Below are positions 63,122 to 64,000 of a stretch of 64,000 bases of DNA, piece by piece. Source of the stretch: Eledone cirrhosa (lineage: Eukaryota); assembly GCA_964016885.1 (NCBI GenBank), contig OZ024743.1:297910001-297974000 (forward strand), read 5' to 3'. The notes below the pieces were generated by a model, which did not search any database, was not told the DNA's origin, and saw nothing but the letters and a program-made list of their open reading frames with translations. Each line of letters opens with the position of its first letter. Within the stretch, counting starts at the first letter, position 1. Position numbers and translations under genes: made by a program.

Positions 63122-63328
63122 TATATATATATATATATAATATATATATATAGAGAGATTTTGAGTATATGTTGGTTGTATACCAACACCTGAGTATGCA
63201 GGCTGGAGCACTCGACGAAGTGCACAGGTTGGTTTGGTTACTCCGGAGTAATGTTATATATATATATATATAATATATATATATATAATATATATATCTA
63301 ATATATATATATATATATATAATATATT

Positions 63329-64000
63329 ACAGATAGTTAGGTTATTTGCGTCACAGAATTCCAGGATTCTGGAGCCTTCCTCATTTCTAGTACCAAACCC
63401 ATAGCCTCCATGGATTTCGTCGTAGCCGTCACAATGTTGTCCAACGTGACCATTTAGGTCGCCTGCAATAATTATATAGTCACTGTCAGTTATTTTGGGA
63501 GGTAGTGAGCATCAGTGTCTCATAGAATCTGTCTTTTATAGTGCCGGGCAGTCCGGATTGGGGTGCGTACGCAGATATTACTGTCACCGTAGTTCTATTG
63601 AGGACAAGTCTTATTTTAATTATTCTGTCGTTCACTCTATTTACGTCTATTATCTTATCTGCCCACTTTTCTGCTACCATGATTCCTACTCCACCCAGCC
63701 CATCGTCATTTCCCACCCAGAAAAGCTTATAGCATCGGTTTTTTTTTCCCTCAATGAATCTAGCAGACCCACCCCTCCACCTGGTCTCTTGAATACAACA
63801 AACATCGACCTCCTTTTCAAAAAACGTGACAATCACCTGATCACCTATAGATCCGGGGAACACACAAGCCAGGTAGATTATATCCTTACCAAAAGACGTG
63901 ACAGAGTGTCTGTTGTAAACACTAAATCCCTCCCCCATGAAGAATGCACCTCCCAACATAGACTGATAATTAGCGACCTCATAGTCAGGACGAGACGTAC
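63329..64000. mobile_element. RTE family A copy with an inverted 5' segment: 63329-63812 (-), then 63816 to the window end (+)
   Basis: The minus part matches 46063-46460 and extends further 5' (DVCCIQETRW). The plus part resumes at the equivalent of 46054. Confidence 0.9.

Overview
AT-rich, repeat-dense eukaryotic (metazoan) DNA. The SINE/LINE content and microsatellite style suggest a coleoid cephalopod such as Octopus; this is an inference. 1-15.3 kb is the right edge of a tandem array with a 2085-bp unit. Each unit carries an intact tRNA-Ser(GCT) gene (+) and a divergently oriented, degenerate tRNA-Arg(ACG) (-). The units decay toward the edge, where an RTE-type LINE fragment and an internally deleted Gypsy LTR element are inserted. 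16-41 kb and 55-64 kb are mostly transposon sequence: tandem non-autonomous Helitrons, decayed RepHel Helitrons, RTE LINEs with an internal PHD-like finger, CR1-like, CRE/RLE, Penelope (with hammerhead-like cores and palindromes), mariner and tRNA-derived SINEs. 41.4-54.4 kb (-) holds the only host-like gene. Five in-phase exons encode about 569 aa, joining a Helitron-N-terminus-like STPR repeat exon and a coiled-coil exon to a split BTB/POZ domain. An upstream exon of pure 23-aa STPR repeats, if spliced at the obvious sites, ends in an ATGA stop/start overlap with the main ORF. All calls are by eye; no database searches were run.
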